Source of the DNA: Eledone cirrhosa
Lineage: Eukaryota
DNA length: 64,000 bases
Direction of reading: 5' to 3'
Assembly: GCA_964016885.1 (NCBI GenBank)
Contig: OZ024749.1
Coordinates: 17,112,001 to 17,176,000, forward strand
Made by a program: the position numbers and the translations under genes. Under the pieces are notes generated by a model. That model saw only the letters and a list, made by a program, of their open reading frames with translations. It searched no databases and had not been told where the DNA came from. The stretch's first letter is position 1; each line of letters begins with the position of its first letter. Shown in pieces: positions 29,083 through 41,131 of the stretch.

Positions 29083-32000
29083 ATATCCAGTGCTTTTATC
29101 GAGAATGACACAGCTAGAGACTTATAGAATACTTAGCTGTGTACAGGAACTGGTTTGAAAGAGCGGTTGCCGGTCCGGCAGAAATTAGAAATTGGAATAA
29201 ATGCTCTGAAATAGCGATATATATGTGAATATAGACATAGAATATTCGAAAATATTCTGTATGTTTATAATAAACAAACATTTTGAAGACCTAATCGCTA
29301 TAGAATAGAATACGTCACGTATTACAATTAGATTCTCGATAAAAGCAAGGGAAGTAATCTACGCGTTTCATTCTTGTTAGAAATCTTCAGGACTACATAT
29401 CCAGTGCTTTTATCGAGAATGACACAGCTAGAGACTTATAGAATACTTAGCTGTGTACAGGAACTGGTTTGAAAGAGCGGTTGCCGGTCCGGCAGAAATT
29501 AGAAATTGGAATAAATGCTCTGAAATAGCGATATATATGTGAATATAGACATAGAATATTCGAAAATATTCTGTATGTTTATAATAAACAAACATTTTGA
29601 AGACCTAATCGCTATAGAATAGAATACGTCACGTATTACAATTAGATTCTCGATAAAAGCAAGGGAAGTAATCTACGCGTTTCATTCTTGTTAGAAATCT
29701 TCAGGACTACATATCCAGTGCTTTTATCGAGAATGACACAGCTAGAGACTTATAGAATACTTAGCTGTGTACAGGAACTGGTTTGAAAGAGCGGTTGCCG
29801 GTCCGGCAGAAATTAGAAATTGGAATAAATGCTCTGAAATAGCGATATATATGTGAATATAGACATAGAATATTCGAAAATATTCTGTATGTTTATAATA
29901 AACAAACATTTTGGAGACCTAATCGCTATAGAATAGAATACGTCACGTATTACAATTAGATTCTCGATAAAAGCAAGGGAAGTAATCTACGCGTTTCATT
30001 CTTGTTAGAAATCTTCAGGACTACATATCCAGTGCTTTTATCGAGAATGACACAGCTAGAGACTTATAGAATACTTAGCTGTGTACAGGAACTGGTTTGA
30101 AAGAGCGGTTGCCGGTCCGGCAGAAATTAGAAATTGGAATAAATGCTCTGAAATAGCGATATATATGTGAATATAGACATAGAATATTCGAAAATATTCT
30201 GTATGTTTATAATAAACATTTTGAAGACCTAATCGCTATAGAATAGAATACGTCACGTATTACAATTAGATTCTCGATAAAAGCAAGGGAAGTAATCTAC
30301 GCGTTTCATTCTTGTTAGAAATCTTCAGGACTACATATCCAGTGCTTTTATCGAGAATGACACAGCTAGAGACTTATAGAATACTTAGCTGTGTACAGGA
30401 ACTGGTTTGAAAGAGCGGTTGCCGGTCCGGCAGAAATTAGAAATTGGAATAAATGCTCTGAAATAGCGATATATATGTGAATATAGACATAGAATATTCG
30501 AAAATATTCTGTATGTTTATAATAAACATTTTGAAGACCTAATCGCTATAGAATAGAATACGTCACGTATTACAATTAGATTCTCGATAAAAGCAAGGGA
30601 AGTAATCTACGCGTTTCATTCTTGTTAGAAATCTTCAGGACTACATATCCAGTGCTTTTATCGAGAATGACACAGCTAGAGACTTATAGAATACTTAGCT
30701 GTGTACAGGAACTGGTTTGAAAGAGCGGTTGCCGGTCCGGCAGAAATTAGAAATTGGAATAAATGCTCTGAAATAGCGATATATATGTGAATATAGACAT
30801 AGAATATTCGAAAATATTCTGTATGTTTATAATAAACAAACATTTTGAAGACCTAATCGCTATAGAATAGAATACGTCACGTATTACAATTAGATTCTCG
30901 ATAAAAGCAAGGGAAGTAATCTACGCGTTTCATTCTTGTTAGAAATCTTCAGGACTACATATCCAGTGCTTTTATCGAGAATGACACAGCTAGAGACTTA
31001 TAGAATACTTAGCTGTGTACAGGAACTGGTTTGAAAGAGCGGTTGCCGGTCCGGCAGAAATTAGAAATTGGAATAAATGCTCTGAAATAGCGATATATAT
31101 GTGAATATAGACATAGAATATTCGAAAATATTCTGTATGTTTATAATAAACAAACATTTTGAAGACCTAATCGCTATAGAATAGAATACGTCACGTATTA
31201 CAATTAGATTCTCGATAAAAGCAAGGGAAGTAATCTACGCGTTTCATTCTTGTTAGAAATCTTCAGGACTACATATCCAGTGCTTTTATCGAGAATGACA
31301 CAGCTAGAGACTTATAGAATACTTAGCTGTGTACAGGAACTGGTTTGAAAGAGCGGTTGCCGGTCCGGCAGAAATTAGAAATTGGAATAAATGCTCTGAA
31401 ATAGCGATATATATGTGAATATAGACATAGAATATTCGAAAATATTCTGTATGTTTATAATAAACATTTTGAAGACCTAATCGCTATAGAATAGAATACG
31501 TCACGTATTACAATTAGATTCTCGATAAAAGCAAGGGAAGTAATCTACGCGTTTCATTCTTGTTAGAAATCTTCAGGACTACATATCCAGTGCTTTTATC
31601 GAGAATGACACAGCTAGAGACTTATAGAATACTTAGCTGTGTACAGGAACTGGTTTGAAAGAGCGGTTGCCGGTCCGGCAGAAATTAGAAATTGGAATAA
31701 ATGCTCTGAAATAGCGATATATATGTGAATATAGACATAGAATATTCGAAAATATTCTGTATGTTTATAATAAACAAACATTTTGAAGACCTAATCGCTA
31801 TAGAATAGAATACGTCACGTATTACAATTAGATTCTCGATAAAAGCAAGGGAAGTAATCTACGCGTTTCATTCTTGTTAGAAATCTTCAGGACTACATAT
31901 CCAGTGCTTTTATCGAGAATGACACAGCTAGAGACTTATAGAATACTTAGCTGTGTACAGGAACTGGTTTGAAAGAGCGGTTGCCGGTCCGGCAGAAATT

Positions 32001-32374
32001 AGAAATTGGAATAAATGCTCTGAAATAGCGATATATATGTGAATATAGACATAGAATATTCGAAAATATTCTGTATGTTTATAATAAACATTTTGAAGAC
32101 CTAATCGCTATAGAATAGAATACGTCACGTATTACAATTAGATTCTCGATAAAAGCAAGGGAAGTAATCTACGCGTTTCATTCTTGTTAGAAACATACAG
32201 AATATTTTCGAATATTCTATGTCTATATTCATATATATATCGCTATTTCAGAGCATTTATTCCAATTTCTAATTTCTGCCGGACCGGCAACCGCTCTTTC
32301 AAACCAGTTCCCGTACACAGCTAAGTATTCTATAAGTCTCTAGCTGTGTCATTCTCGATAAAAGCACTGGATAT

Positions 32375-32417
32375 GTAGTCCTGAAGATTTCTAACAAGAA
32401 TGAAACGCGTAGATTAC
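32375..32417 (+). ncRNA. Type I HHR (inverted arm, copy 1)
   Basis: Same motif read on the + strand. Confidence 0.88.
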
Positions 32418-32684
32418 TTCCCTTGCTTTTATCGAGAATCTAATTGTAATACGTGACGTATTCTATTCTATAGCGATTAGGTCTTCAAAATGTTTATTAT
32501 AAACATACAGAATATTTTCGAATATTCTATGTCTATATTCACATATATATCGCTATTTCAGAGCATTTATTCCAATTTTTAATTTCTGCCGGACCGGCAA
32601 CCGCTCTTTCAAACCAGTTCCTGTACACAGCTAAGTATTCTATAAGTCTCTAGCTGTGTCATTCTCGATAAAAGCACTGGATAT

Positions 32685-32727
32685 GTAGTCCTGAAGATTT
32701 CTAACAAGAATGAAACGCGTAGATTAC
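32685..32727 (+). ncRNA. Type I HHR (inverted arm, copy 2)
   Basis: Same motif read on the + strand. Confidence 0.88.
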
Positions 32728-32897
32728 TTCCCTTGCTTTTATCGAGAATCTAATTGTAATACGTGACGTATTCTATTCTATAGCGATTAGGTCTTCAAAA
32801 TGTTTATTATAAACATACAGAATATTTTCGAATATTCTATGTCTATATTCACATATATATCGCTATTTCAGAGCATTTATTCCAATATATATATATG

Positions 32898-33029
<132 letters not shown>

Positions 33030-33047
33030 AATATATATATATATATA

Positions 33048-33100
<53 letters not shown>

Positions 33101-33870
33101 TTGGTGGCTCTCTCAGACATGCCCTCTGTAGTACATACAACAACATACTTCACTAGCTATGCTGATGACACTAAGGTAGCACAGGCAATCAAAAACCCGG
33201 CTGACGCTGCCCTTTTACAGCAGGATCTGGATGCCATATACAAATAGGCGGAAGTAAACAACATGCAGTTTAATGCTGGCAAATTCCAAGCCCTACAATA
33301 CAAACCTCCAAACAAACCTGCAAACACAAATATAGTACAACACAACTACACAGGTCCAGGAGGGACTGATATCCCCGTGACAAAATCGATACGAGACCTG
33401 GGCATAGACATGAGCGATGATGCATCTTTTTCTTCACACATCATGAAAGTGGCGACAGTGTGCAGACGACTCGCTGGCTGAATCTTGAGGACTTTCCGGA
33501 CAAGAGATCGAGACACCATATTGACACTATGGAGGACATTTGTCCTAAGCCTCCTGGACTACTGCTTCCAGTTGTAGTCACCCCATAGTGTCAAACTAAC
33601 CACGGAGCTTGAGGCAATCCAGCGAAGCTACACCAAGAGGATTGCCAAGATGAGGGAGACAAGCTACTGGGAGAGGCTAAAGGAACTGAACCTCTACTCC
33701 TTGGAAGGAAGACGGGAGAGATACGTAGTGATCTACATGTGGAAAATCCTGGAGGGACTAGCACCAAACTTTGGCATTGGGAGCTGGACCAACCGTCGAA
33801 CAGGACGTCACATCTAGAATAAGGAGCAGGTATTGCAATAGCCTGGGATTCAAGGGCCCTCAACTCTTTT
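33101..33870 (+). pseudogene. CR1/Jockey-group LINE RT fragment
   Basis: [41 protein letters not shown]; several stops. Confidence 0.85.
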
Positions 33871-33920
33871 AATTTTATATATACAATATATTTTTTTATA
33901 TATATAATATTTATGTATTT

Positions 33921-33961
<41 letters not shown>

Positions 33962-34786
33962 AATTTGTTTAGCAAGATTCTTTATCTGAAATCGTGTGTT
34001 GAAACCGATATTGTTATACTTTGGGAGGGTCATGTTACCAATAAGAAACACACGCACCAGTTGCTTTCACTTCAATTTATTATATATTTATAAATTTACA
34101 AATTTATAAATTTCTGGTTGGTTGGTTGGTTGGTTGGTTCCACAACCAGATAGTTGTTTATATATAGTCATAGTTCTTTCGTCATATATAGTCATAGTTC
34201 TTTCGTGGTTCATTGTTGTTATCTACCCTATTTTGTGTGTCTGTGCGTTCGTCTTGGTTATTCTCTTTGTCCTTAGTCTCCCTTCTCCTTTTAATCCTAT
34301 TACTTTCCCTTATTTCTGTGATTTCTGTGCTACTGTCATTACATGTTTTCTGTGTCTGTGTGTTTGTTAAGATTGTGGTGGTGGTGAGCGGTATTGAATG
34401 CGTGTGTGTTGTTGTTGTTGATGTGTGCTGTTGTTGATGTGTGTTGTTGTTGTCTCCGTGTGTGTTATTGTTGTTGTGTGTGTTGTTATTGTTGTTTGTG
34501 TCTGCGTGTCTGTTGTTGTTGTTTCTGGGTATGTTGTTATTGTTGTTGTTGTTGTTGATGTGTGTGTTGTTGTTATTGTTGTTTGTGTCTGTGTGTCTGT
34601 TGTTGTTGGGATGTGTGTTGTATATGTGTGTGCGTATATTGTTGCTTTTGTTTTTGTTTTTGTTTTTGTTTTTGATGCTCCAGCGTAGTTTTGTAAATGA
34701 TTTTTCTATTTCTGACAGACAACTAATCATATTTACCTTCTTGAATATCGCAAATTTCGGGGGTAAACATAACACAGACATTTCGT

Positions 34787-34972
34787 CAGTGGATTGGCAT
34801 TATCGGTAGAGGGTCGGACGCCATGCTTTCCAGCATAGTTACGTCCCTTTACGATCTGAGTTCAAATCCCGCCGAGGTTGACTTTGCCTTTCATCCTTAC
34901 GAGGTCGATAAAATAAAGTACCAGTAATGCACTGGGTAATTGCTGGCCTTGTGCCTAAAGTAGAAACAATTA
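34787..34972 (+). mobile_element. tRNA-derived SINE, near full length
   Basis: A-box-like TGGCATTATCGG, B-box GAGTTCAAATCCC, body GCCTTTCATCCTTACGAGGTCGATAAAATAAAGTACCAG. Confidence 0.85.
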
Positions 34973-35709
34973 TCTATTCTTGCGTTACCATATATATTGG
35001 TGTTGTTGTTGTTGAACTCTTCTGTTAATGAGGTGTCGGCCATATTTATACCGTCAATTTTGTCGGGATATCTATTGGTATTCTCTATAGTATCCTGATT
35101 TAGCTTTATCTGCTGAAGCGAGTTTAGTTTCTTGTTAAAGTGCTTATCACATTCTTGAGTAATGTACTGTTCTTCAGGGCGTATAAGGCTTATAAATATT
35201 AGTTTCTCTCTTGGTGTGGTGATCCTAGCTATATCTTGAATTAGGTTACGCTTATGTTATTCTTGATGACTTAATTCTCTATAGATCCTTTTTTTATGTT
35301 TAGAATTAATGTTCGTTTTAGCCTATCTGCTTGTTCTTTGGTGAGTTGTAATCTTCTAACGTCGGTGTTGATGGTGTTGGTGTAGACTTGGGATGAGGCA
35401 CATTGTTTTATGAAGTGTAGTTGTCGAGATGTTATGGTTTTTCGTAGACAACAGAACATGGTGGTTTTCAGTATCTTGTTAGCCTGGCTAAGGCTTACGA
35501 TATTTCGTTTCTGAATTTGTTTAGCAAGATTCTTTATCTGAAATCGTGTGTTGAAACCGATATTGTTATACTTTGGGAGGGTCATGTTGCCAATAAGAAA
35601 CACACGCACCAGTTGCTTTCACTTCAATTTATTATATATTTATAAATTTACAAATTTATAAATTTCTGGTTGGTTGGTTGGTTCCACATCCAGATAGTTG
35701 ATTATATAT

Positions 35710-35754
35710 AGTCATAGTTCTTTCGTCACACACTCTGTGACCTCTTCAGTGACT
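35710..35754 (-). ncRNA. Minimal type I HHR
   Basis: Mirror of 37030-37074. Confidence 0.82.
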
Positions 35755-35954
35755 GGGGATTCCTTTCTTTATTTCTGTGCCTCTCCTTTGTTCTGTCCTA
35801 CGCCATTTTGTTTCTGTGTGTGTGTTGTGTGCTCAGTCTGCGCATGCGCCACATCCGGGTGTCTGTGTATGTTTATGTTCATTTATCTATTTGTTTATTT
35901 ACATGTTACTGGTTGGTTGTTTGTTCTATGTGTGTGTGTGTTTTCATTTTGTCC

Positions 35955-37013
35955 TTAATTGTAAGTTGTGATGTTGCTGTTCCACTCATATTTTCTATTT
36001 AATTTTGGTTGTAATTCTTTTATGTTTATTGCCTCTGTAATTTGTCTAAACATTGCGTCTTTTCTGTGTGTAGATTCTATTTTTATTTCTATGTTTTCTA
36101 ATTTACCCTTGTGTTCTATCTTAGCATGTTGGTAGAGTACAGATGATTCTTTATTATCTTGAAGGTCTCGCCAGTGTTCATTTATCCGTTCCCCTACACT
36201 ACGAGCTGCCTCACCTATGTACACTATATTTTTGTCTCTACATTATCCTTCAGTACATCTTATGCTATACACTACATTTCTAGTTTTACAGTTAATATGG
36301 GGGCTTATTTTACAGGTTACACATTTCTTATCTATACATGAGGGTCTTTGAAAAGGGTATGTCTTGCTAATAAGTGTTTTTACGGAGGTACCTGGTCTTT
36401 CTACTATCTTAATATTGAGTTTATGTTTATTTAGGGCCCTTCTAAATTTGTAAGCTAGTTCACCTCTAGGGGTTGTATCGATGAACATTACACTCTGGTA
36501 TTTATTGCTATCATACCATGAGTTTATTCTATTAGCCTTGTTCCTAGTTCTTTCTATTCTATTCCAAAATTTGCTCCTATACAAGGGGCAGGTCCCATTT
36601 ATGTCATTATTTACCATTTTTTCCCATTTGGTTCTGGCTCCTCTATACACTCTGATTCTATCTCTCTGATTGTAGCCAGAGAACTGCATACGGTGGATGA
36701 AGTGTTGTATGTGTCTCTCTAGTTCTTCGGGGTTGCACATGCGGGACACATTTCTCATCACCCTTACCAAATCCGCAATCAGTATGTTGATTTTGGTATG
36801 GTCCGAAATGGCCGAGTTTCGGTGGATCAGATGTTTGGAAGTCATGGGTTTGGCATAATGGGAATGGAGGATTTGTTTTTTGTTGTTAATGCTATCTAAC
36901 CAGAGCTCTGTGTCTAGTACAGGTAATCGATGGTTGGGGTGTTTACTTGGGTAGTCTATAGTAACTCTAATGCTCTGGTGGATGGAGTTTGCTATTTGCT
37001 GGATGCTTTCCAT
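35955..37013 (-). pseudogene. PLE RT thumb + GIY-YIG fragment (in-frame TAA at 36243-36245)
   Basis: IANSIHQSIRVTIDYPSKH..LPVLD, YAKPM, NVVYSIRC..YIGEAARSVGERINEH, RQITEA. Confidence 0.88.
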
Positions 37014-37029
37014 TGTGAAAGGAATCCCC

Positions 37030-37074
37030 AGTCACTGAAGAGGTCACAGAGTGTGTGACGAAAGAACTATGACT
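37030..37074 (+). ncRNA. Minimal type I HHR
   Basis: AGTCA CTGAAGA GGTCACAGAGTGTGTGAC GAAA GAAC TA TGACT. Confidence 0.82.
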
Positions 37075-37333
37075 ATATATAAACAACTATCTGGATGTGG
37101 AACCAACCAACCAACCAGAAATTTATAAATTTGTAAATTTATAAATATATAATAAATTGAAGTGAAAGCAACTGGTGCGTGTGTTTCTTATTGGCAACAT
37201 GACCCTCCCAAAGTATAACAATATCGGTTTCAACACACGATTTCAGATAAAGAATCTTGCTAAACAAATTCAGAAACGAAATATCGTAAGCCTTAGCCAG
37301 GCTAACAAGATACTGAAAACCACCATGTTCTGT

Positions 37334-38015
37334 GCAGCGAAGTCTGTAGACTAGGTTGGAGGAGGTGCAGCGGAAGGCATGCCGGACAGAGAGAGAGTGG
37401 CCGTTGGGACCCTGGAAGGTGGTGGTGTTGGTGATGTGGGGCAGGTGTTGCAGCGGGGCCTAGAACAGGGAAAGGAACCGGGGGGGGGGAACAGAGCGTG
37501 GGTTGGGGGGTAGGGAGCTGTGGACGAGGAGGGTGCGGAGATTGCGTGCGCGTTTGAAGGAGGGGAGTGGTGGGGTTGGGAAGATGTGGGAGGTGGAGGG
37601 GTCGGACTGGAGGCGTCGGAAGAGGCGGCGGATGGTGCGGTGGAGGGGTAAGGTGGAGGGGTGGTAGATGATGGGGAAGGGGTGTGTGGGGGGGGGGACA
37701 GCACGGGCGCGGTGTGGACGAGAGAGGGGGGTAACCTCTGCGGATGAAATGGCTGACTAGGGAAAGGGCCTGGGACTCAAAGTCAGCATCTCGGCTACAG
37801 AGGCGGCGGATCCTGAGAAGTTGGGAGTAGGGAATGGAGTGTTTAGTGTGGGTGGGGTGGGAAGAGGTGAAGTCGAGGTAAGAGTGGGAATCGGTGGGTT
37901 TGAAGAAGGCGGAGGTGACGAGGGAGTGGTGGGAGGGGTCGAAGGCGACGGAGATGTCTAAGAAGTGGACGTGGGTGGTGGAGATAGAGGTGGTGAAGTG
38001 GAGAGAGGGGTGGAA
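37334..38015 (-). pseudogene. Neptune-type PLE RT thumb, Cys-knuckle and GIY-YIG start
   Basis: Manual translation: VHFLDI..KPTDSHSYLDFTSSHPTHTKHSIPYSQLLRIRRLCS..RRGY; PCSRPRCNTC; FRCTSSNLVY. Confidence 0.85.
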
Positions 38016-38069
38016 GGAGCAGCAAGAGTAGCCATTGAGTCCAAAAAGCAGGCAGCGTAAACGTAAACA

Positions 38070-38187
38070 TGTAAGTATGTTTTTGAAATGGTGCGCGAGT
38101 TTGAAATTAGAAATTGGAAATTATAAGCTTTCACCGTATTTTAGACTAAAAAAATTTCTAGCCTGATAGTGGGGTTTATAACCCTCG

Positions 38188-38263
<76 letters not shown>

Positions 38264-38382
38264 TCCGAGGGTTATAAACCCCACTATCAGGCTAGAAATT
38301 TTTTTAGTCTAAAATACGGTGAAAGCTTATAATTTCCAATTTCTAATTTCAAACTCGCGCACCATTTCAAAAACATACTTAC
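38070..38382. repeat. ~120-bp perfect inverted repeat separated by (TA)n
   Basis: 38070-38190 versus 38263-38382. Confidence 0.9.
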
Positions 38383-38387
38383 ATATA

Positions 38388-38462
<75 letters not shown>

Positions 38463-38502
38463 ATGTATATATATATATGTATATATATATATATTTAAAA
38501 GA

Positions 38503-38534
<32 letters not shown>

Positions 38535-38581
38535 GTATATATCTATATATATATATGTATATATATATGTATATGTATATG

Positions 38582-38640
<59 letters not shown>

Positions 38641-38641
38641 G

Positions 38642-38776
<135 letters not shown>

Positions 38777-38783
38777 GTATATA

Positions 38784-38865
<82 letters not shown>

Positions 38866-39060
38866 TATATTAATACGTGATGTTTGTTTACAAACACACC
38901 GAGCATTATAATAAATGTTCGGTGAATCCATACGTACATATATATATGTGTGAATGTATGTATATATATATATACATACTACTGTACGTCTGTATACATA
39001 TATGTATGTACGTGTACATACTTATATTTAACTAACAGCCGTACTAAGAGTTGGAAATGA

Positions 39061-40280
39061 AACACTCTACTCTTTACTGATAATGACACTTGGGTAAAAA
39101 TATCTAACCCAGAGAACCCATTCGATGTCTCAATGGGCTCTTTTGACAGTGCTGATGTTTGTGAGTTAGTGGGCCTATTCCTCCTACACACACTTAAAGA
39201 AAAAATCCCTAACCATATTTTTGCGCTTTATCGCGACGATGGTCTCATACTTTCCCATACCACCATAAGCCATAACTTAGATAGATTAAGGAAAGACTTA
39301 ATAAAAACCTTTGCTAGTTTTAATCTTTAAATTACTATTGACACTAACCTTTCCAATGTTAATTTTCTAGATGTAAACCTAGATTTGCCTACTGCTTGTT
39401 ATAAACCATATCATAAACCTAATAAAAATTTAAAATATATAAATAAAGGCTCTTGCCATCCTCCCATAGTTTTTAAAAACCTTATCCCTAATATTAGCCG
39501 TAGGATCTCCACCCTCTCTTCCTCAGAAGCTATTTTCAATAAGGCATCCCCTACTATAATAAAGCCCTTCAAAATAGCGGATTTAGCGAACCGATTAAGT
39601 ACATACCCAACAATACTAACTCTTTTAAACATAATAATAGGAAAAGAAAAATAATCTGGTTCACCCCCCCCCCTACTCTATAGCAGTTAAAACTAATGTA
39701 GGCAAAAAATTCCTAGAGCTCTTAGATAAACATTTCCCTAGAACACATAGATACTATAAGATCTTCAATAGAAACTGTGTCAAAATTAGCTACTCCTGCG
39801 GTCCCCCTATTAAATCTTATATCATCAATAAGAAATCACCCAGAGAACATCAAAATTGCTCCTGTAGAGTCAAAAGTGAATTCCCATTACAAGGTAAATG
39901 CAACACCAAAGCCATTGTATATGCGGCTAAAGTGACAACCATTAGCAACAACCAACCAGCCACCAGTGAACGATATGTGGGTATGACACAAGAAAAATTC
40001 AAAACATGTTATTACTCACATGTCGCATCTTTCCGACATCCAGAAAAAAGATTCACAACAGCTCTGGCTAGCAGAATATGGGATTTGAAAGACCAAGGTA
40101 TCCAATATAAATTGGATTGGTCAATTTTGAACCAATCTAAAGAAGATGCACGCTCTGCATAAGTGAAAAATATTGGATTTTACAAAACCTTAAATCTCCA
40201 AAAACCTGCCTAAACACAAAAACAGAAATTTTCACCAGTTGCCCACACATGAAATCACACTTGCTTTCCAGCTCATATAA
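39061..40280 (+). pseudogene. Second Naiad family, decayed RT + GIY-YIG
   Basis: FDVSMGSFDSADVCELVG, LYRDDGL, PYHKPN, CSCRVK, YVGMT, CTLC; stops and frameshifts. Confidence 0.88.
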
Positions 40281-40385
40281 ACTTAACTCACTTTCAGATA
40301 CTTATCCTCCATAAACTCTTATTCTTCACTTTCCTTAAATTATTCTCCTTACAGACTTCTCTTTCTGATTTACTTTCATTTTTAA

Positions 40386-40618
40386 CTTTATTTTTATTTT
40401 TATTTTTATTTTTATTTTTATTTTTATTTTTATTTTTATTTTTATTTTTATTTTTATTTTTATTTTTATTTTTATTTTTATTTTTATTTTTATTTTTATT
40501 TTTATTTTTATTTTTATTTTTATTTTTATTTTTATTTTTATTTTTATTTTTATTTTTATTTTTATTTTTATTTTTATTTTTATTTTTATTTTTATTTTTA
40601 TTTTTATTTTTATTTTTA
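40386..40618. repeat. (TTTTTA)n hexanucleotide tract
   Basis: Direct reading. Confidence 0.95.
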
Positions 40619-41131
40619 CTTCACATCCACCAGTACCCCCCCCCCCTACTCTTCGATTCACTTACCTAATAACTTCACATTTCACATGTTACTTCCCCAT
40701 TTTCTTTCACTACCTGATTTCACATGTCACTTGCGTTTTCCACTCCAGATATATTCTGTTGTTTCGCAGCCGATTTTATATTTGTACTCATTTATTCATA
40801 AGGCTGCTTTATACTCTGTATCTATATGTCTGAGTGTGTTTATGTGTGTATACGTTCTGTATATGTATATGAACGCCTCCGTATGTGTGCGTGCGTACGT
40901 GTATATATATGTGTGTGTATGTATGTTTTTATATCTATGTTTTTACATCTATGTTTTTTACATTCTTATTTTTACGTGCGTGCGTAAGCGGGTGAATGTA
41001 CGTGAATGTGTATGTATGTGTGTATATATGTATACGTATGTATAGGTGTGTACGTGTATGTGTGTATATATATATATGGTCGCGCACGTACGTGTGATTA
41101 GATATACATGGGGCGAGATACGTAACATAAT

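Larger units (their letters stand above)
28915..32885. repeat. Tandem array of 310/314-bp HHR-containing monomers (non-LTR retrozyme-like): 10.5 units, then ~2.2 inverted units
   Basis: Unit registers at 28921, 29231, 29545, 29859, 30173, 30483, 30793, 31107, 31421, 31731 and 32045; inversion junction at ~32191-32193. Confidence 0.95.
33958..37333 (-). mobile_element. PLE (tentatively Nematis-like) in partial tandem: inverted pLTR, 3' ORF, pLTR, 5' ORF, pLTR
   Basis: pLTR copies at 33958-34206 (-), 35515-35767 (-) and 37017-37333 (+); N-terminal ORF pieces such as LCLPPKFA..EIEKSFTKLRW. Confidence 0.8.

Noticed and set aside
28915-32885. CRISPR array or ordinary satellite
   Set aside because: There are no unique spacers or cas genes; whole units repeat and carry an HHR.
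36243-36245. Recoded stop inside the GIY-YIG domain
   Set aside because: The codon is TAA, so a nonsense mutation is the simplest explanation.
40335-40661. Poly-(KI) protein
   Set aside because: Translation of (TAAAAA)n.
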